From Chloroflexota bacterium (GTDB lineage: Bacteria > Chloroflexota > Limnocylindria > Limnocylindrales > CSP1-4), in assembly GCA_003141455.1 (NCBI GenBank), contig PLMA01000026.1:10701-74700 (forward strand): 64,000 bases of DNA. The letters are read 5' to 3'. The notes beneath the pieces were generated by a model. The model saw only the letters and a list, made by a program, of their open reading frames with translations, was not told the origin of the DNA and made no database searches. Positions 18,041-28,155 of the stretch are shown one piece after another; the first letter of the stretch is position 1, and every line of letters starts with the position of its first letter. Both the position numbers and the translations under genes were made by a program.

Positions 18041-19060
18041 CTACGCCCGCGGGTCGGCGTAACCATTTGGGTTCGCCCGACGCCACGCCCACGCCGAGCC
18101 GATGATCTCCTCGATCGTGCCGTGGCGGGGCCGCCAGCGCAGGACCTCCGTGGCGCGGTCGGCGCCGGCGACGAGTACCGGCGGGTCGCCGGCGCGGCGC
18201 GGTCCGATCCGGACGGCGATACCGCGCCCGACCACAGCCTCCGCGGCTGCCACGACCTGGCGGTTGCTGAATCCCGTGCCACTTCCCAGGTTGCATATGA
18301 GGGGCTGGCACGGCCCGGCCGGCGGGCCGGTGCGAGGATCGGCCGGGTCCGTGGCCAGGAGGGCCAGCACGTGCGCCGCGGCCAGATCCTCGACGTGGAT
18401 GTAGTCCCGGACGCACGTGCCATCCGGCGTCGGGTAGTCGTCGCCGAAGAGCGTCAGCTCGCGCCTTTCCTCGGCCGCGGCCAGCACGTTCGGGATCAGG
18501 TGCGTCTCCGGCGAGTGCAGCTCGCCGTTCCGGGCGCTCGCGCCGGCGGCGTTGAAGTAGCGCAGGACCACGCTCCGGAAGCCATATCCGTGGCCGTACC
18601 AGGCTATCGCCCCCTCGACGTCCCGCTTCGTCTCGCCGTACGCGTTGATGGGCCGGACCGGATCGGACTCCGCGATCGGCGTGCGCTCGGGCATGCCGTA
18701 CGTGGCTGCCGTCGAGCTGAAGACGATGCGCTTGACGCCGGCCGTTCGCATCGCCTCCAGCAGCGCGATGCCGCCCACGACGTTCTCGCGGAAGTACTTC
18801 GCCGGATCCGTCATGGATTCGCCGACGATCGACTTGGCGGCGCAATGGAGGACCGCGTCGATACGGTGCTTCCGCAGGAGCCCAACCACGGCGTCGGTCT
18901 CCCCGTAGCTGCCGATCTCCAGGGTCGCCTTTTCCGGGACCGCACCGCGGTGGCCGGTCGACAGATCGTCGAGGACGATCGCGTCATGGCCGGCCTGGAC
19001 GAATGCCTCGACGGAAACGGATCCGATGTACCCGGCCCCGCCGGTGATGAGGATGCGCAT
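18041..19060 (-). CDS. galE: UDP-glucose 4-epimerase
   Basis: TGGAGYIGS Rossmann motif, YGETK catalytic motif, full-length 339 aa. Confidence 0.9.
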   Translation of the reverse strand: MRILITGGAGYIGSVSVEAFVQAGHDAIVLDDLSTGHRGAVPEKATLEIGSYGETDAVVGLLRKHRIDAVLHCAAKSIVGESMTDPAKYFRENVVGGIALLEAMRTAGVKRIVFSSTAATYGMPERTPIAESDPVRPINAYGETKRDVEGAIAWYGHGYGFRSVVLRYFNAAGASARNGELHSPETHLIPNVLAAAEERRELTLFGDDYPTPDGTCVRDYIHVEDLAAAHVLALLATDPADPRTGPPAGPCQPLICNLGSGTGFSNRQVVAAAEAVVGRGIAVRIGPRRAGDPPVLVAGADRATEVLRWRPRHGTIEEIIGSAWAWRRANPNGYADPRA

Positions 19061-20539
19061 TCAACTGCCTCCGAAGCGGCGGAACAGGCCCTTCCTGCGG
19101 CGCGACGCCGGCTCGGGTTCGGTCTCGGGGGTGCGTTTGGCCGGTGCGTCGGCTTCGGCCGGTCCGGCGAGCTCGCCCTGGGCCGGGGGTTCGTCCGACC
19201 GCTCGCCCGGAGTCGCGGACGACAGCGCCGCGTCTGGGGCGCTCGAGGGTTCGACCGGACGGGCCTGGCTCTCGTTCCCCAGCACGATGGCGAGCGCCTC
19301 GCGCAAGGCTTGAGTCTCGGCCTCCTTCTCGGATAGCTCTTCGGCATCCTCGACGAGAGACTGCCGCGGCAGGGCCACCCGCTCGACGAGATCGCCGGGC
19401 TCGAGAGATTGCGCCTCCAGCAACTCCCTGGGAGCGAGGCGGGCGGCCTCGGCCTCGGCGGCCTCGAACTCATCCGCGCGCGGCCCGGCGACCTGCGGCT
19501 CTTCATCGATCGAGCCGATCGGCGCCGGCTCACGAGTGGCCGGCTCCTCGGCCTGCGGCTCGGCCACGCTCGTCTCGACTGACTCGTCCCTCTCGACTAC
19601 CGAGTTCGCCGCCGCGACATGGAGCATCCAGCGGGCTTCCGCGTCTCGCGCCCAAGCGGCCTCGAGCTCGGCGGCTTCCCTCTCAGACGCATCGGCGACG
19701 AGCTCGACCCTGACGGCCACACTCTCGTCCGCCGGAGCCGCCTCAGATTCGAGCTTCTCCGCCTCGATTCCCTTGGCCTCGATTTCCTCCGCCTCCTGCA
19801 GCCAGGCTGCATCGAGATCGGTTCCGTCGACGACGAGGGCGGGGCGCACGGCTACGCTCTCCGCGGCTTGGGCAGCCTCGACCGTTTCCGGGTCGTCCAC
19901 CTCTCCGGAGATCGGACCCGGCACTTCCATGGGAGGCTCCTCGACCATGTCGAGGGCATCGACCGCTTCCACAGCGGCGGCCGCTTCCGCCGCCGCGTAG
20001 GCGTCCGTAGTCGGCGTTCGGAGCTCGTTTGCACCGAAGCGTCGTTTCCCCGACGGCATGGCGTGGTGAGGCTCGTGCCGCGTCGCGTCGCGGTGCGCAG
20101 GCTGCGGCGCCGCGTCCTCGCGCCCGGCCTTGCGCCGATTCCTGTGCTTCGTCTTCGATCGGTCGGCCGCGGGGTCTGCCGACGTGCCTGCGCTTTCGGC
20201 CGGCTCAGGCAAAGCGGTGCGACGCTTGCTGAGGGCCTCCAGGCGCCGAGCCGCGGCCAGGGGCAGGTCGGGCACCTTCGCCTCGTCTTCGGCGCCTCTG
20301 TGTTCGAGCGCATCGACGACACGCCTGGCAGCCACGTTCTCGGGATCGATGGTCATCGCCCGATCGGCGAACCTGCGTGCCAGTCGTTCATCGCCGCGTT
20401 CCAGCGAGACCTGCGCCAGTCCGGCGAGGGCGATCGCGTTCGATGGGTCGAGCTCGATCAGCTGCCAGTACGTCTGCTCCGCCTGGACGAGCAATCCGTC
20501 GGCCAGGGCTTTGTCGGCATGCAGCAATAGCTCGTACAT
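19061..20539 (-). CDS. TPR-repeat protein with long acidic low-complexity region and basic C-terminus
   Basis: N-terminal TPR repeats (YWQLIELDPSNAIALAGLAQVSLERGD..., AMTIDPENVAA). Its stop abuts the galE start. ATG at 20539 chosen. Confidence 0.65.
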   Translation of the reverse strand: MYELLLHADKALADGLLVQAEQTYWQLIELDPSNAIALAGLAQVSLERGDERLARRFADRAMTIDPENVAARRVVDALEHRGAEDEAKVPDLPLAAARRLEALSKRRTALPEPAESAGTSADPAADRSKTKHRNRRKAGREDAAPQPAHRDATRHEPHHAMPSGKRRFGANELRTPTTDAYAAAEAAAAVEAVDALDMVEEPPMEVPGPISGEVDDPETVEAAQAAESVAVRPALVVDGTDLDAAWLQEAEEIEAKGIEAEKLESEAAPADESVAVRVELVADASEREAAELEAAWARDAEARWMLHVAAANSVVERDESVETSVAEPQAEEPATREPAPIGSIDEEPQVAGPRADEFEAAEAEAARLAPRELLEAQSLEPGDLVERVALPRQSLVEDAEELSEKEAETQALREALAIVLGNESQARPVEPSSAPDAALSSATPGERSDEPPAQGELAGPAEADAPAKRTPETEPEPASRRRKGLFRRFGGS

Positions 20540-20585
20540 CAAGCGGCTCCGAAAGCGAAATGGCCTGGCGTCGGGTTCGTTCCCA

Positions 20586-22034
20586 TCACGATGTCCGATT
20601 GTCCAACAACCGACCGTCCGATATCGACTGGCGAGCCATCTCAATCAGGATTGCACGATCGTTGAGCGCCGGTTCGGCGACGACTCGCTCGGTCAGGTCG
20701 TTGAGCAGCCGGCCCAGCAGGCGACCCTGCGGCAGATCCAGCTCGGCCATCAGGTCGTCGCCGTCGACGGCGAGCCGGTCGCGTCCCAGCACTACGTGAG
20801 CCGCCAGCTCCGCCCCGATTCGAGAGGCCAGCTCGGCGAGGTGACCCGCGTCGGCCGGCAGCCCGCTGCCCTCGTTGTCGGCGGCGCGAAGTGCCAGCAG
20901 GTCGTCGATCGAGCCCGGCCCGATCTTGCGGATGAACCGCCGGATTGCGGCGTCAGTCCAGTTGGGCTGGTACGAGAACATGTGATGAGCCACGAGATGA
21001 GCCACTCGCTCCTGGAGGGCGCGGGGAGCGTGGAGGCCGGTCAGGTAGTCGCGGGCCATGGCCGTCCCAACCGTTTCGTGGCCGTGAAAGTGGCCGTCAG
21101 CCAGAGTATCCGGCTTGCCGACGTCGTGGAGGAGCGACGCGAGTCGTACGAGCGGTCGGTTGGGAGCCGCGTCGACGGTGTGCAGGGTGTGGTCCCACAG
21201 GTCCTCGCCGTCGGCCTTGTTCTGCGGAATGCCGCGCTGGCGGGCCAGGTCCGGGGCCACGACGCCCAGCAAGCCGGTCTGCTCCATCAGGCGCAGGCCG
21301 ACCGATGGCGCCGGAGCGGCGAGCAGCTTGAGCAGCTCGGCAAAGACGCGCTCGCCCGAGAGGCGGGCTGCCAGCCCGGCGTTGCGGCCGATCGCCTGCG
21401 CGGTCGCAGGGTCGATCTGGAACTCGAGCGTGGCCGCCAGGCGGACGGCCCGGATCATCCGCAGCGCGTCCTCACCGAATCGCAGGTCCGGATCGCCTAC
21501 CGCCCGAAGGAGACGGCGGGCCAGGTCGTCGCGGCCACCGTGAGGATCGACGAAAGCCGGCTCCTCGGCCGGCCGGCCGCCCCAGGCAATCGCGTTCACC
21601 GTGAAGTCGCGGCGTGCCAGGTCGTCGCGGATCGACGTGCCGAACTGCACCGCATCCGGGTGCCGGTGGTCCGAATAGGAAACGTCGCGGCGGAAAGTCG
21701 TGATCTCGTACTGCACGCCGGCGTGGCGCACGACTACCGTTCCGAAGCGGTTCTCGTAGATGGACCTTGGGAAGAGAGCCTGGATCCGTTCGGGTGGAGC
21801 GTCGGTGGTCAGGTCCCAGTCGGCCGGCTCGCGACCCAACAGGGCGTCGCGCAGGCACCCCCCAACCACATAGGCCGCCTGGTCGCCGCGCCAGAGCGTC
21901 GCGAGCAGATCTCCGACGGGGGCCGGAATCTCGCACAGGGCCGGCCCGGGCGGCGTGGCCGCGTTCTCCGAACGGCCGCCATCCGTTGCCTTGTCCCGGT
22001 CAGGCTGGCTTCCCGTCATGCTTCCCCGGCTCAT
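20586..22034 (-). CDS. cca: CCA-adding tRNA nucleotidyltransferase / poly(A) polymerase family with HD domain
   Basis: GGCLRDALLGREPADWDLTT nucleotidyltransferase head motif, RRDFTVNAIA, and a C-terminal HD domain (LLHDVGK). Confidence 0.85.
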   Translation of the reverse strand: MSRGSMTGSQPDRDKATDGGRSENAATPPGPALCEIPAPVGDLLATLWRGDQAAYVVGGCLRDALLGREPADWDLTTDAPPERIQALFPRSIYENRFGTVVVRHAGVQYEITTFRRDVSYSDHRHPDAVQFGTSIRDDLARRDFTVNAIAWGGRPAEEPAFVDPHGGRDDLARRLLRAVGDPDLRFGEDALRMIRAVRLAATLEFQIDPATAQAIGRNAGLAARLSGERVFAELLKLLAAPAPSVGLRLMEQTGLLGVVAPDLARQRGIPQNKADGEDLWDHTLHTVDAAPNRPLVRLASLLHDVGKPDTLADGHFHGHETVGTAMARDYLTGLHAPRALQERVAHLVAHHMFSYQPNWTDAAIRRFIRKIGPGSIDDLLALRAADNEGSGLPADAGHLAELASRIGAELAAHVVLGRDRLAVDGDDLMAELDLPQGRLLGRLLNDLTERVVAEPALNDRAILIEMARQSISDGRLLDNRTS

Positions 22035-22091
22035 CGTCTAGCCGCCGCAGCCCGCCGGACCGCGGGCTTCCCAGTCAGGCCCTCACCCCGG

Positions 22092-22604
22092 TCAATGGCC
22101 AAGGAAGAGGTACGTTCGCCAGCTCTCGTTCTTGTCGTCGCGGAGATAAGGGGTGAAGACCGAGTACACGTCGCAGCGCGGCTCCGAGGGCCTGTGCGCC
22201 AGCCGGAGCCTGGCCTCGTCCAGCAGCTTGCCGCCCTTGTGGTGGTTGCAGGTCTTGCAGGCGGTGACCAGGTTGTCCCACGTGTGGGACCCGCCGCGGT
22301 GGCGCGGCACGACGTGATCGAGCGTCAGATCGCCAGTCTTGCGGCCGCAGTACTGGCACGTGTAGGCGTCGCGGATGAAGACCTCGCGGCGTGTCAGCTT
22401 GACGCGCGGTCGGGGCCGCCGGATCTGGTGCTGCAGGCGGATCACGGCGGGCGCACGGAACTCCTGCCGCGGCGTCCGGATCACCTGATGGTCGTACTCG
22501 AGGACTTCGGCTTTCTGGCCAAAGACCAGTCGGAATGCCCGGGGCAGGTTACAGACGTTGAGCGGCTCGTAGCTCTGATTGAGAACCAGGACCACGCCGT
22601 CCAT
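22092..22604 (-). CDS. Stand-alone HNH endonuclease
   Basis: YTCQYCGRK...LDHVVPRHRGGSHTWDNLVTACKTCNHHKG (HNH with Zn-finger Cys pairs); 170 aa. Confidence 0.8.
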   Translation of the reverse strand: MDGVVLVLNQSYEPLNVCNLPRAFRLVFGQKAEVLEYDHQVIRTPRQEFRAPAVIRLQHQIRRPRPRVKLTRREVFIRDAYTCQYCGRKTGDLTLDHVVPRHRGGSHTWDNLVTACKTCNHHKGGKLLDEARLRLAHRPSEPRCDVYSVFTPYLRDDKNESWRTYLFLGH

Positions 22605-22692
22605 GGGCGCATCGTATCAGAGGAAGACCCTGCATCCCCGCTCGGCCGTGCCCGCTGTCGTCTCAGCCCGGCCATCCGCCCCCTGAAAACGA

Positions 22693-22727
22693 GATCCGAC
22701 GGCCTTTCGGCCGCCGGATCTTCACTG
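22693..22727 (-). terminator. Hairpin downstream of the TadG-like gene stop
   Basis: GATCCGACGGCC-tttc-GGCCGCCGGATC near-perfect inverted repeat 6 nt after the 22735 stop. Confidence 0.4.
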
Positions 22728-22734
22728 CCTGATT

Positions 22735-25626
22735 CTACGGTCCAGGGTAGGTGTATTCGGATGCGCTCGTCAGATACGATGAGCCGCCGGGCGTCGTCAC
22801 GACGACCTGATACGTCTGACCGGGGACCAAGCCGGAGGGAAGCGTTATCGAGATGGAGGTGTCGGACACGGACCCGATCGTGGCCGACGCCGCGCCGAAC
22901 TTGACCGAGTCCGCGCCGGTGAAGTACTCGCCCGAAATGGAGGTGCTGGTGACGGTGTCGACCACCGGCACCGGATACAGCTGCAGCAGATGGGATCCGC
23001 CATTGGCGAGGTTGATGGCAATCTGCTGGAAGTAGGCTGCGAGGTCCGATCCAGTCGGCGAGTTGAAGTAGTAGGGGGCCTCGGTGCCTGAGGCTACCTG
23101 CTTCAGCAGCTGCTCTCCAGTCAGCCCCATATCCGTGCACCTTCCATTGTTGTTGCCCTGGCCGAGGCCGTAGCCGACGGCATAGACCTTGATTCCTCCG
23201 GCCTTCGCTGCATTGCCCGCGGCGATCGCAGCAGCGCACGTGAATTGCGAGGCGTCGTTGAAGTCCTGGCTGTTCTCCGGATTACCATCGGTTTCAAGGA
23301 GGATGCCCTTGGTCACGCCCGGGCGGCCGTAGGTGTCGAGGTACCAATGCGCATACGCAAGCGGCATTGACAGGGTGGTGCCGCCGGACTGCGCCGAGAT
23401 GCAGTTGATCGCTTTCACGAGGGGGGTGGCCGTGTTGAAGACGCCCCCGACCTCATACGTCCCCGCCGCTCCGTTGGGATTCGGAAGAGGAGTGTCTGTG
23501 TCGGTGCCGCTGAGGCCTACCGGGACCCATACGCCAGCGGTGTGCGAGCTGGGGTCACTGGGGTTGTAGGTGCTGGGGTCCCAACTGGTCCAGTTAGTCA
23601 CCTGCTTGCCGCTCGTGTGCGTGGCGGCCGTGGTGCCGCTGACGCCGCGGGTCACGTTCATCACCGTCGTCGGCGTCGACGTGTCCGAGACGCTACCCAC
23701 CTGCATCCTCTCGGAATCGACCTGGATGATGTAGTTGCCGGTCGCCGGGAACCCGATCGCCGACGCGACCCGGATCGTGGTGTCGTTCTTGCCGACGACC
23801 ATGTTGACCGCCTTGCCGCCGGCGTGCACGGCGGCGGTGGTGCCGCCCTGGCCGCGCTGCACGGTCCAGAGTGTCGTGCCCTGACCGCCAGTTACCTTCA
23901 TCTGCTCGTTTTCGATCTGGATGCTGAAGTTGCCGGAATCCGGGAACCCGGCCTCCGACGCGACATAGATCGTCGTGTCAGCGTTGTCGACGTCCCAGGA
24001 CACGCTCGCACCGTTGGCGTGGGCCAGTTGGGTTGTACCGCCCTGGCCGCGCTGCACGGTCCAGAGTGTCGTGCCCTGACCGCCTGTCACCGACATCTGC
24101 TCGTTATCAACCTTGACGGTGTAGTTGCCGCTCGTCGGGAACCCTAACGCCGACGTCACCGGCAGTGCTGTGGATGTGGCGGTGATAAGCAGGATCGCCA
24201 CCGCGCCGCTGGCGTGTGCGGCGGCGGGTGTGCCGCGCGTTACAGTCCAGGTTGTTCCGCTCGGACTCCCCGTCACCGTCATTTGCTCGGAATCGATCTG
24301 GATGATGAACGGATAAGTCGTCGGGAACCCGATCTTCGAGGTAACGGTGATCGTTGTGGCGCTAGCGTTGATGTAGTTGGGCGTGCCTACCGTCGCGCCA
24401 CTCGAGTGCGCCGCGAGTGTGGTGCCGTTTACGGCGCGTGTTACGGTCCAGCTTGTGCCGGACCCGTCGGCCGTAGCCGACATTTGTTCGGAATCGATCT
24501 GGATAGTGAAGGGGAAAGTCGTCGGGAACCCGGTCTTCGCCGCGACGGGGATGGTTCTGGTGGTGGATCTGTTGTTGATGCCGGCGGTCAGGGTCGTGAC
24601 CGGGCCGCCCAGGTTCGTCTTCGGGGCGTTCACGGTCGTTGCCGCACTGCCCAAGGTCGTACTAGCGCCGCTCAGGGTCGTGTGAGGGAAGAAGTTGTTG
24701 TTGGTTGCCGCGCCATAGGCCGTCCCGCCGTCGGGGCAGGTACCCAACGTGGGGTCGCCGGCTGCGTCCACCACGCCCGGGCCGGTCAATGCGAGAGCCA
24801 CGCGCTGCTTCGCCGGATCGTAGACGTTGAGGATCGCCTCGGCGGCGCCCTGAAGATTGTGGATCTTGACGCCATTCGGATTTTCGTTGTACTGATTGAA
24901 GTTGTCGGCCATGCTCCTCGTGCGGTCAAGGATGATCACCAGGTCCACGGGAACAATCGTAGACTCCCCGCACGCCCCCTTGCACGCGGCAGACACAATC
25001 GTTCCCGTCGATCCGCTGGCCGGCGCGCCGGGGATAGCGGGGGTGAGCGCAAATTGCGTGGTCGAACTGCCCTTGACCACGACGACGTTGCACCTGTCGC
25101 CGGCGGCGGGATTGCAGGCGGAGACTCGCTGCTTGCCGGCACCCGTGAAGTCGCCGGGGACCGCATACAACGGTGGGGTGTGATGGAGGGCATTATGCGG
25201 GTCGCACATGCCCGGGAGATCCACGGCGATCAAGGGAGCCCCCGTGACCACATCCGCGCGGATCAGGCACCTGTAGGTGATCGTGTAGTCAACCCCCAGC
25301 ACCAGACTGGAGTAGTTCACCTTGATGTTCCCTTTGATCATGGCCTCTGTCTCAGCCACCGTGTGCCCAGGTGTCGCGTTGTCGACCGGCAACATGGACG
25401 CACCGGCCAGGGCGGCCGAATCCAGCGCGTTCACAAGGATCTGCCTGTTGTTCCGGAGAACCCCTAGATCGATGACCATGGCGGCGAATCCGAGGATCAT
25501 GATCAGGACTATTTCGAAGAGGACGAGAATCTGCCCGCGCTCTCGCCGGCCGTCACGTTGTGAACCTCGCAAGTGCCGCATCTCTGTTACTCCCGTCTCC
25601 CTGCACCGCATGGTGGTCCCGCTCAC
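22735..25626 (-). CDS. TadG-like pilus-assembly/vWA protein with split vWA domain, five ~65-aa internal repeats and C-terminal IPT/TIG-like domain
   Basis: TadG-type N-terminal TM/pseudopilin-like segment (ILVLFEIVLIMILGFAAMVIDLGVL...ALDSAALAG). vWA MIDAS DLVIILDRTRSM, with ...LLETDGNPEN ~500 aa later. Repeats IQIDSEQM.VTG..GTTWTV.RG..GTT.A.H..GA.V x5. Confidence 0.8.
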   Translation of the reverse strand: MSGTTMRCRETGVTEMRHLRGSQRDGRRERGQILVLFEIVLIMILGFAAMVIDLGVLRNNRQILVNALDSAALAGASMLPVDNATPGHTVAETEAMIKGNIKVNYSSLVLGVDYTITYRCLIRADVVTGAPLIAVDLPGMCDPHNALHHTPPLYAVPGDFTGAGKQRVSACNPAAGDRCNVVVVKGSSTTQFALTPAIPGAPASGSTGTIVSAACKGACGESTIVPVDLVIILDRTRSMADNFNQYNENPNGVKIHNLQGAAEAILNVYDPAKQRVALALTGPGVVDAAGDPTLGTCPDGGTAYGAATNNNFFPHTTLSGASTTLGSAATTVNAPKTNLGGPVTTLTAGINNRSTTRTIPVAAKTGFPTTFPFTIQIDSEQMSATADGSGTSWTVTRAVNGTTLAAHSSGATVGTPNYINASATTITVTSKIGFPTTYPFIIQIDSEQMTVTGSPSGTTWTVTRGTPAAAHASGAVAILLITATSTALPVTSALGFPTSGNYTVKVDNEQMSVTGGQGTTLWTVQRGQGGTTQLAHANGASVSWDVDNADTTIYVASEAGFPDSGNFSIQIENEQMKVTGGQGTTLWTVQRGQGGTTAAVHAGGKAVNMVVGKNDTTIRVASAIGFPATGNYIIQVDSERMQVGSVSDTSTPTTVMNVTRGVSGTTAATHTSGKQVTNWTSWDPSTYNPSDPSSHTAGVWVPVGLSGTDTDTPLPNPNGAAGTYEVGGVFNTATPLVKAINCISAQSGGTTLSMPLAYAHWYLDTYGRPGVTKGILLETDGNPENSQDFNDASQFTCAAAIAAGNAAKAGGIKVYAVGYGLGQGNNNGRCTDMGLTGEQLLKQVASGTEAPYYFNSPTGSDLAAYFQQIAINLANGGSHLLQLYPVPVVDTVTSTSISGEYFTGADSVKFGAASATIGSVSDTSISITLPSGLVPGQTYQVVVTTPGGSSYLTSASEYTYPGP
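23592..24564. repeat. Intragenic tandem repeats (5 x ~195 bp) encoding the ~65-aa protein repeats of the TadG-like gene
   Basis: Recurrent DNA blocks (e.g. ctggccgcgctgcacggtccagagtgtcgtgccctgaccgcc recurs at 23850 and 24040) matching the protein-level repeats. Confidence 0.7.
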
Positions 25627-26099
25627 GACGGGAGGTTATCGAAGACCATCTGTACGGTGGAATTAAGGGGGAACTCCTGCCCGAACGCCAGCGGGAAGAA
25701 CGTCTTGTAGGTGAAGATGACTTTCACGGAAACGGAATCACCGTTCTTGACGGTGGTGCAGGGGATCGTGGCCGGCGAAGTGACCGACGCGCTCGTCTCG
25801 AGGCAGACGACCATTACATCGCCCAACGACACGGTCACGCCCCCACCCGATGCCGCGGATCTCGCGGCCCCAACGGCCGTGTCTTCGACCCAGGCAGGGT
25901 TGGATACCATGGCGGCGGCACGAGCGCCTTCGCGGGCAGAGTTGATGACGGTCATCCTGTTGTAGAGCATGAAGCCGAAGTCGCAGATCCCGGACAACAC
26001 GAGCATGAAGATGGGAAGGACCAGGGCGAACTCGACCATGGCCTGGCCACGCTTGCGAGTGCTTCGGCGGCCGGATGGGCCGGGCTTCGGGTTCGACAT
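25623..26099 (-). CDS. TadE-like protein (Flp pilus assembly pseudopilin-like)
   Basis: MVEFALVLPIFMLVLSGICDFGFMLYNRMTVINSAREGARA TadE N-terminal domain. ATG at 26099. Its stop overlaps the start region of the TadG-like gene. Confidence 0.7.
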   Translation of the reverse strand: MSNPKPGPSGRRSTRKRGQAMVEFALVLPIFMLVLSGICDFGFMLYNRMTVINSAREGARAAAMVSNPAWVEDTAVGAARSAASGGGVTVSLGDVMVVCLETSASVTSPATIPCTTVKNGDSVSVKVIFTYKTFFPLAFGQEFPLNSTVQMVFDNLPS

Positions 26100-26346
26100 G
26101 GGCTTGCTCCCCAGTTGTGTGCGGTTTCTCGGGTGGCGGCCCCACTCTACCGCCGACTCTACAAGCGAATTCATCCTGATGTCAGGGATGTGAGGGTAGG
26201 CATGGTTCCTTGCGCCTACCATTACGGACCGGGCCGCGCTTGTACAGTGGGCGACCGTTCCACCGCTTCGGTACGAAATACTCAGCGTGGGCGCGAAGCG
26301 TCCCACTCGTTGGTGGGGCATTTGCACCAGCAAACGCGCGGTACGG

Positions 26347-27045
26347 CTAGGGCTGGGTGGGCTCGTTGGCAGCGAGGCGGTAGCCGCCACCTGCCGCGGT
26401 GAGCAGGTAGCGGGGTTGGTCCGGATCTACCTCGAGCTTCTGGCGGAGTCTCCGGACCGTCACCCAGACGTATGCCGGATCCGCGCAATCCGAGTCCGCC
26501 CAGACCTTGTGAAGAAGCTGCTCGGTGGAGACGGCCCGTGGCATGCTCGCAGCCAGCGTGGCCAGGAAGCGCGATTCGGTCGGCGAGAGGGAGACGTGGC
26601 GGCCGCGGATGATCGCCTCTCTCTTGCGGGGGACGAGAACCAGGTCGCCCAGAGCGAGCTCCTCGACGGGGATCTGGTCCGCGAGGCGGCGCAGGACGCG
26701 TCGAACGCGGGCCACCAACTCCGAGTAGTCGTAGGGCTTGGTGACGTAGTCCTCGGCGAAATGGGCGATGAGATCCGCCTTGTTGTCCGCGGTGGCGACC
26801 GCGGACAGAACGAGGATCGGGATGTCGGCTCGGCTCTTGATGCGACTCGCCACAGTCTGGCCATCCATCTCCGGCATCATCAGATCCAGGATTACCAGGT
26901 CCGGCCAGGCGGCGTCGAGCTGTTTGAGCGCTTCGGCACCGCTGGCGGCCTTTGCCACCTCGAAGCCGTCGCGCGCCAGGCGTTCGGCCAGCGCGTCCAG
27001 ATGCGCCACGTCGTCGTCGATCAGGAGCAGCCGGGATTCGTTCAT
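26347..27045 (-). CDS. OmpR-family response regulator (orphan, no adjacent kinase)
   Basis: MNESRLLLIDDDVAHL...DLVILDLMMPEMDG REC domain and winged-helix output (VRRLRQKLE...GYRL). ATG at 27045. The longer ORF to 27510 is an N-terminal over-extension. Confidence 0.85.
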   Translation of the reverse strand: MNESRLLLIDDDVAHLDALAERLARDGFEVAKAASGAEALKQLDAAWPDLVILDLMMPEMDGQTVASRIKSRADIPILVLSAVATADNKADLIAHFAEDYVTKPYDYSELVARVRRVLRRLADQIPVEELALGDLVLVPRKREAIIRGRHVSLSPTESRFLATLAASMPRAVSTEQLLHKVWADSDCADPAYVWVTVRRLRQKLEVDPDQPRYLLTAAGGGYRLAANEPTQP

Positions 27046-27256
27046 CAATAGGAGTGTACGAGTCCGCGAGACGCTCGGGAGACCGAACCGGCCCTCGCCC
27101 GAGCGCCGTGACGGTGTCGTCCGGCTCGTCACATCGGCGCGACGCGGCGAGCCCGACCCGGGATTCGGAGCGTGCCGCGTATAATCCGATGGCGAGGCCC
27201 GCCGTCGTGTCTTGAGGCACGCCCCGCTCCCCGCCGAAGAAGGAACTGCTGGCAAG

Positions 27257-28144
27257 ATGACCGCCGAGACCTCCACCTGGGCCACAAAGAAGGGCCTCGC
27301 CCAGATGCTCAAAGGCGGCGTCATCATGGACGTCGTTACCCCCGAGCACGCCCGGATCGCAGAGGATGCCGGCGCCTGCGCCGTCATGGCCCTCGAGCGC
27401 GTCCCGTCCGACATCCGGGCCGCGGGCGGAGTCGCGCGCATGAGCGACCCGGCCATGATCGAGGGGATCATGGCGGCGGTCAGCATCCCGGTCATGGCCA
27501 AGGCCCGCATCGGGCACTTCGTCGAGGCCCAGGTTCTCGAGGCCCTCGGCGTGGACTACATCGACGAGTCGGAGGTGCTCACACCGGCCGACGAGGTCAA
27601 CCACATCGACAAGCACCAGTTCAAGGTGCCGTTCGTGTGCGGTTGCCGAGACCTCGGCGAGGCGCTTCGGCGCATCAGCGAAGGCGCCGCGATGATCCGG
27701 ACAAAGGGTGAGGCCGGCACCGGAGACATCGTCGAGGCCGTGCGCCACATCCGGACTCTGATGTCCGATATCCGCCGCCTGGGTTCGATGCGCGAGGACG
27801 AGCTCTTCGTCGCCGCCAAGGAACTGGGCGCTCCCTACGACCTGGTCAAGCAGGTCCACGACGAAGGCAAGCTGCCGGTCGTCAACTTCGTGGCCGGCGG
27901 GATCGCTATCCCGGCCGACGCGGCTTTGGCCATGCAGCTCGGAGCCGAGGGCGTCTTCGTGGGGTCCGGTGTTTTCAAGAGCGAGAACCCCGCCAGGACT
28001 GCCGAAGCCATCGTCCAGGCCACTCTCCACTTCGACAACCCCAAGATCATCGCCGAGGTTTCGAAGGGCCTGGGTAGCCCGATGCGCGGGATCGCGGCGG
28101 TCACGATCCCCGAGGCGGAGCGGCTGGCGGTCCGAGGCTGGTAG
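27257..28144 (+). CDS. pdxS: Pyridoxal 5'-phosphate synthase lyase subunit PdxS
   Basis: Near-canonical PdxS sequence ([26 protein letters not shown]). Confidence 0.95.
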   Translation: MTAETSTWATKKGLAQMLKGGVIMDVVTPEHARIAEDAGACAVMALERVPSDIRAAGGVARMSDPAMIEGIMAAVSIPVMAKARIGHFVEAQVLEALGVDYIDESEVLTPADEVNHIDKHQFKVPFVCGCRDLGEALRRISEGAAMIRTKGEAGTGDIVEAVRHIRTLMSDIRRLGSMREDELFVAAKELGAPYDLVKQVHDEGKLPVVNFVAGGIAIPADAALAMQLGAEGVFVGSGVFKSENPARTAEAIVQATLHFDNPKIIAEVSKGLGSPMRGIAAVTIPEAERLAVRGW

Positions 28145-28155
28145 CACGGGCTCCA

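Noticed and set aside
17300-19336. 678-aa + strand ORF
   Set aside because: Runs antisense to well-supported galE, ligase-like and TPR genes. Arg/Gly/Pro-rich composition typical of GC-rich antisense frames. No domain signal.
20130-22904. 924-aa + strand ORF
   Set aside because: Antisense to the CCA-adding enzyme and HNH genes; low-complexity Arg/Ala-rich translation; GC artefact.
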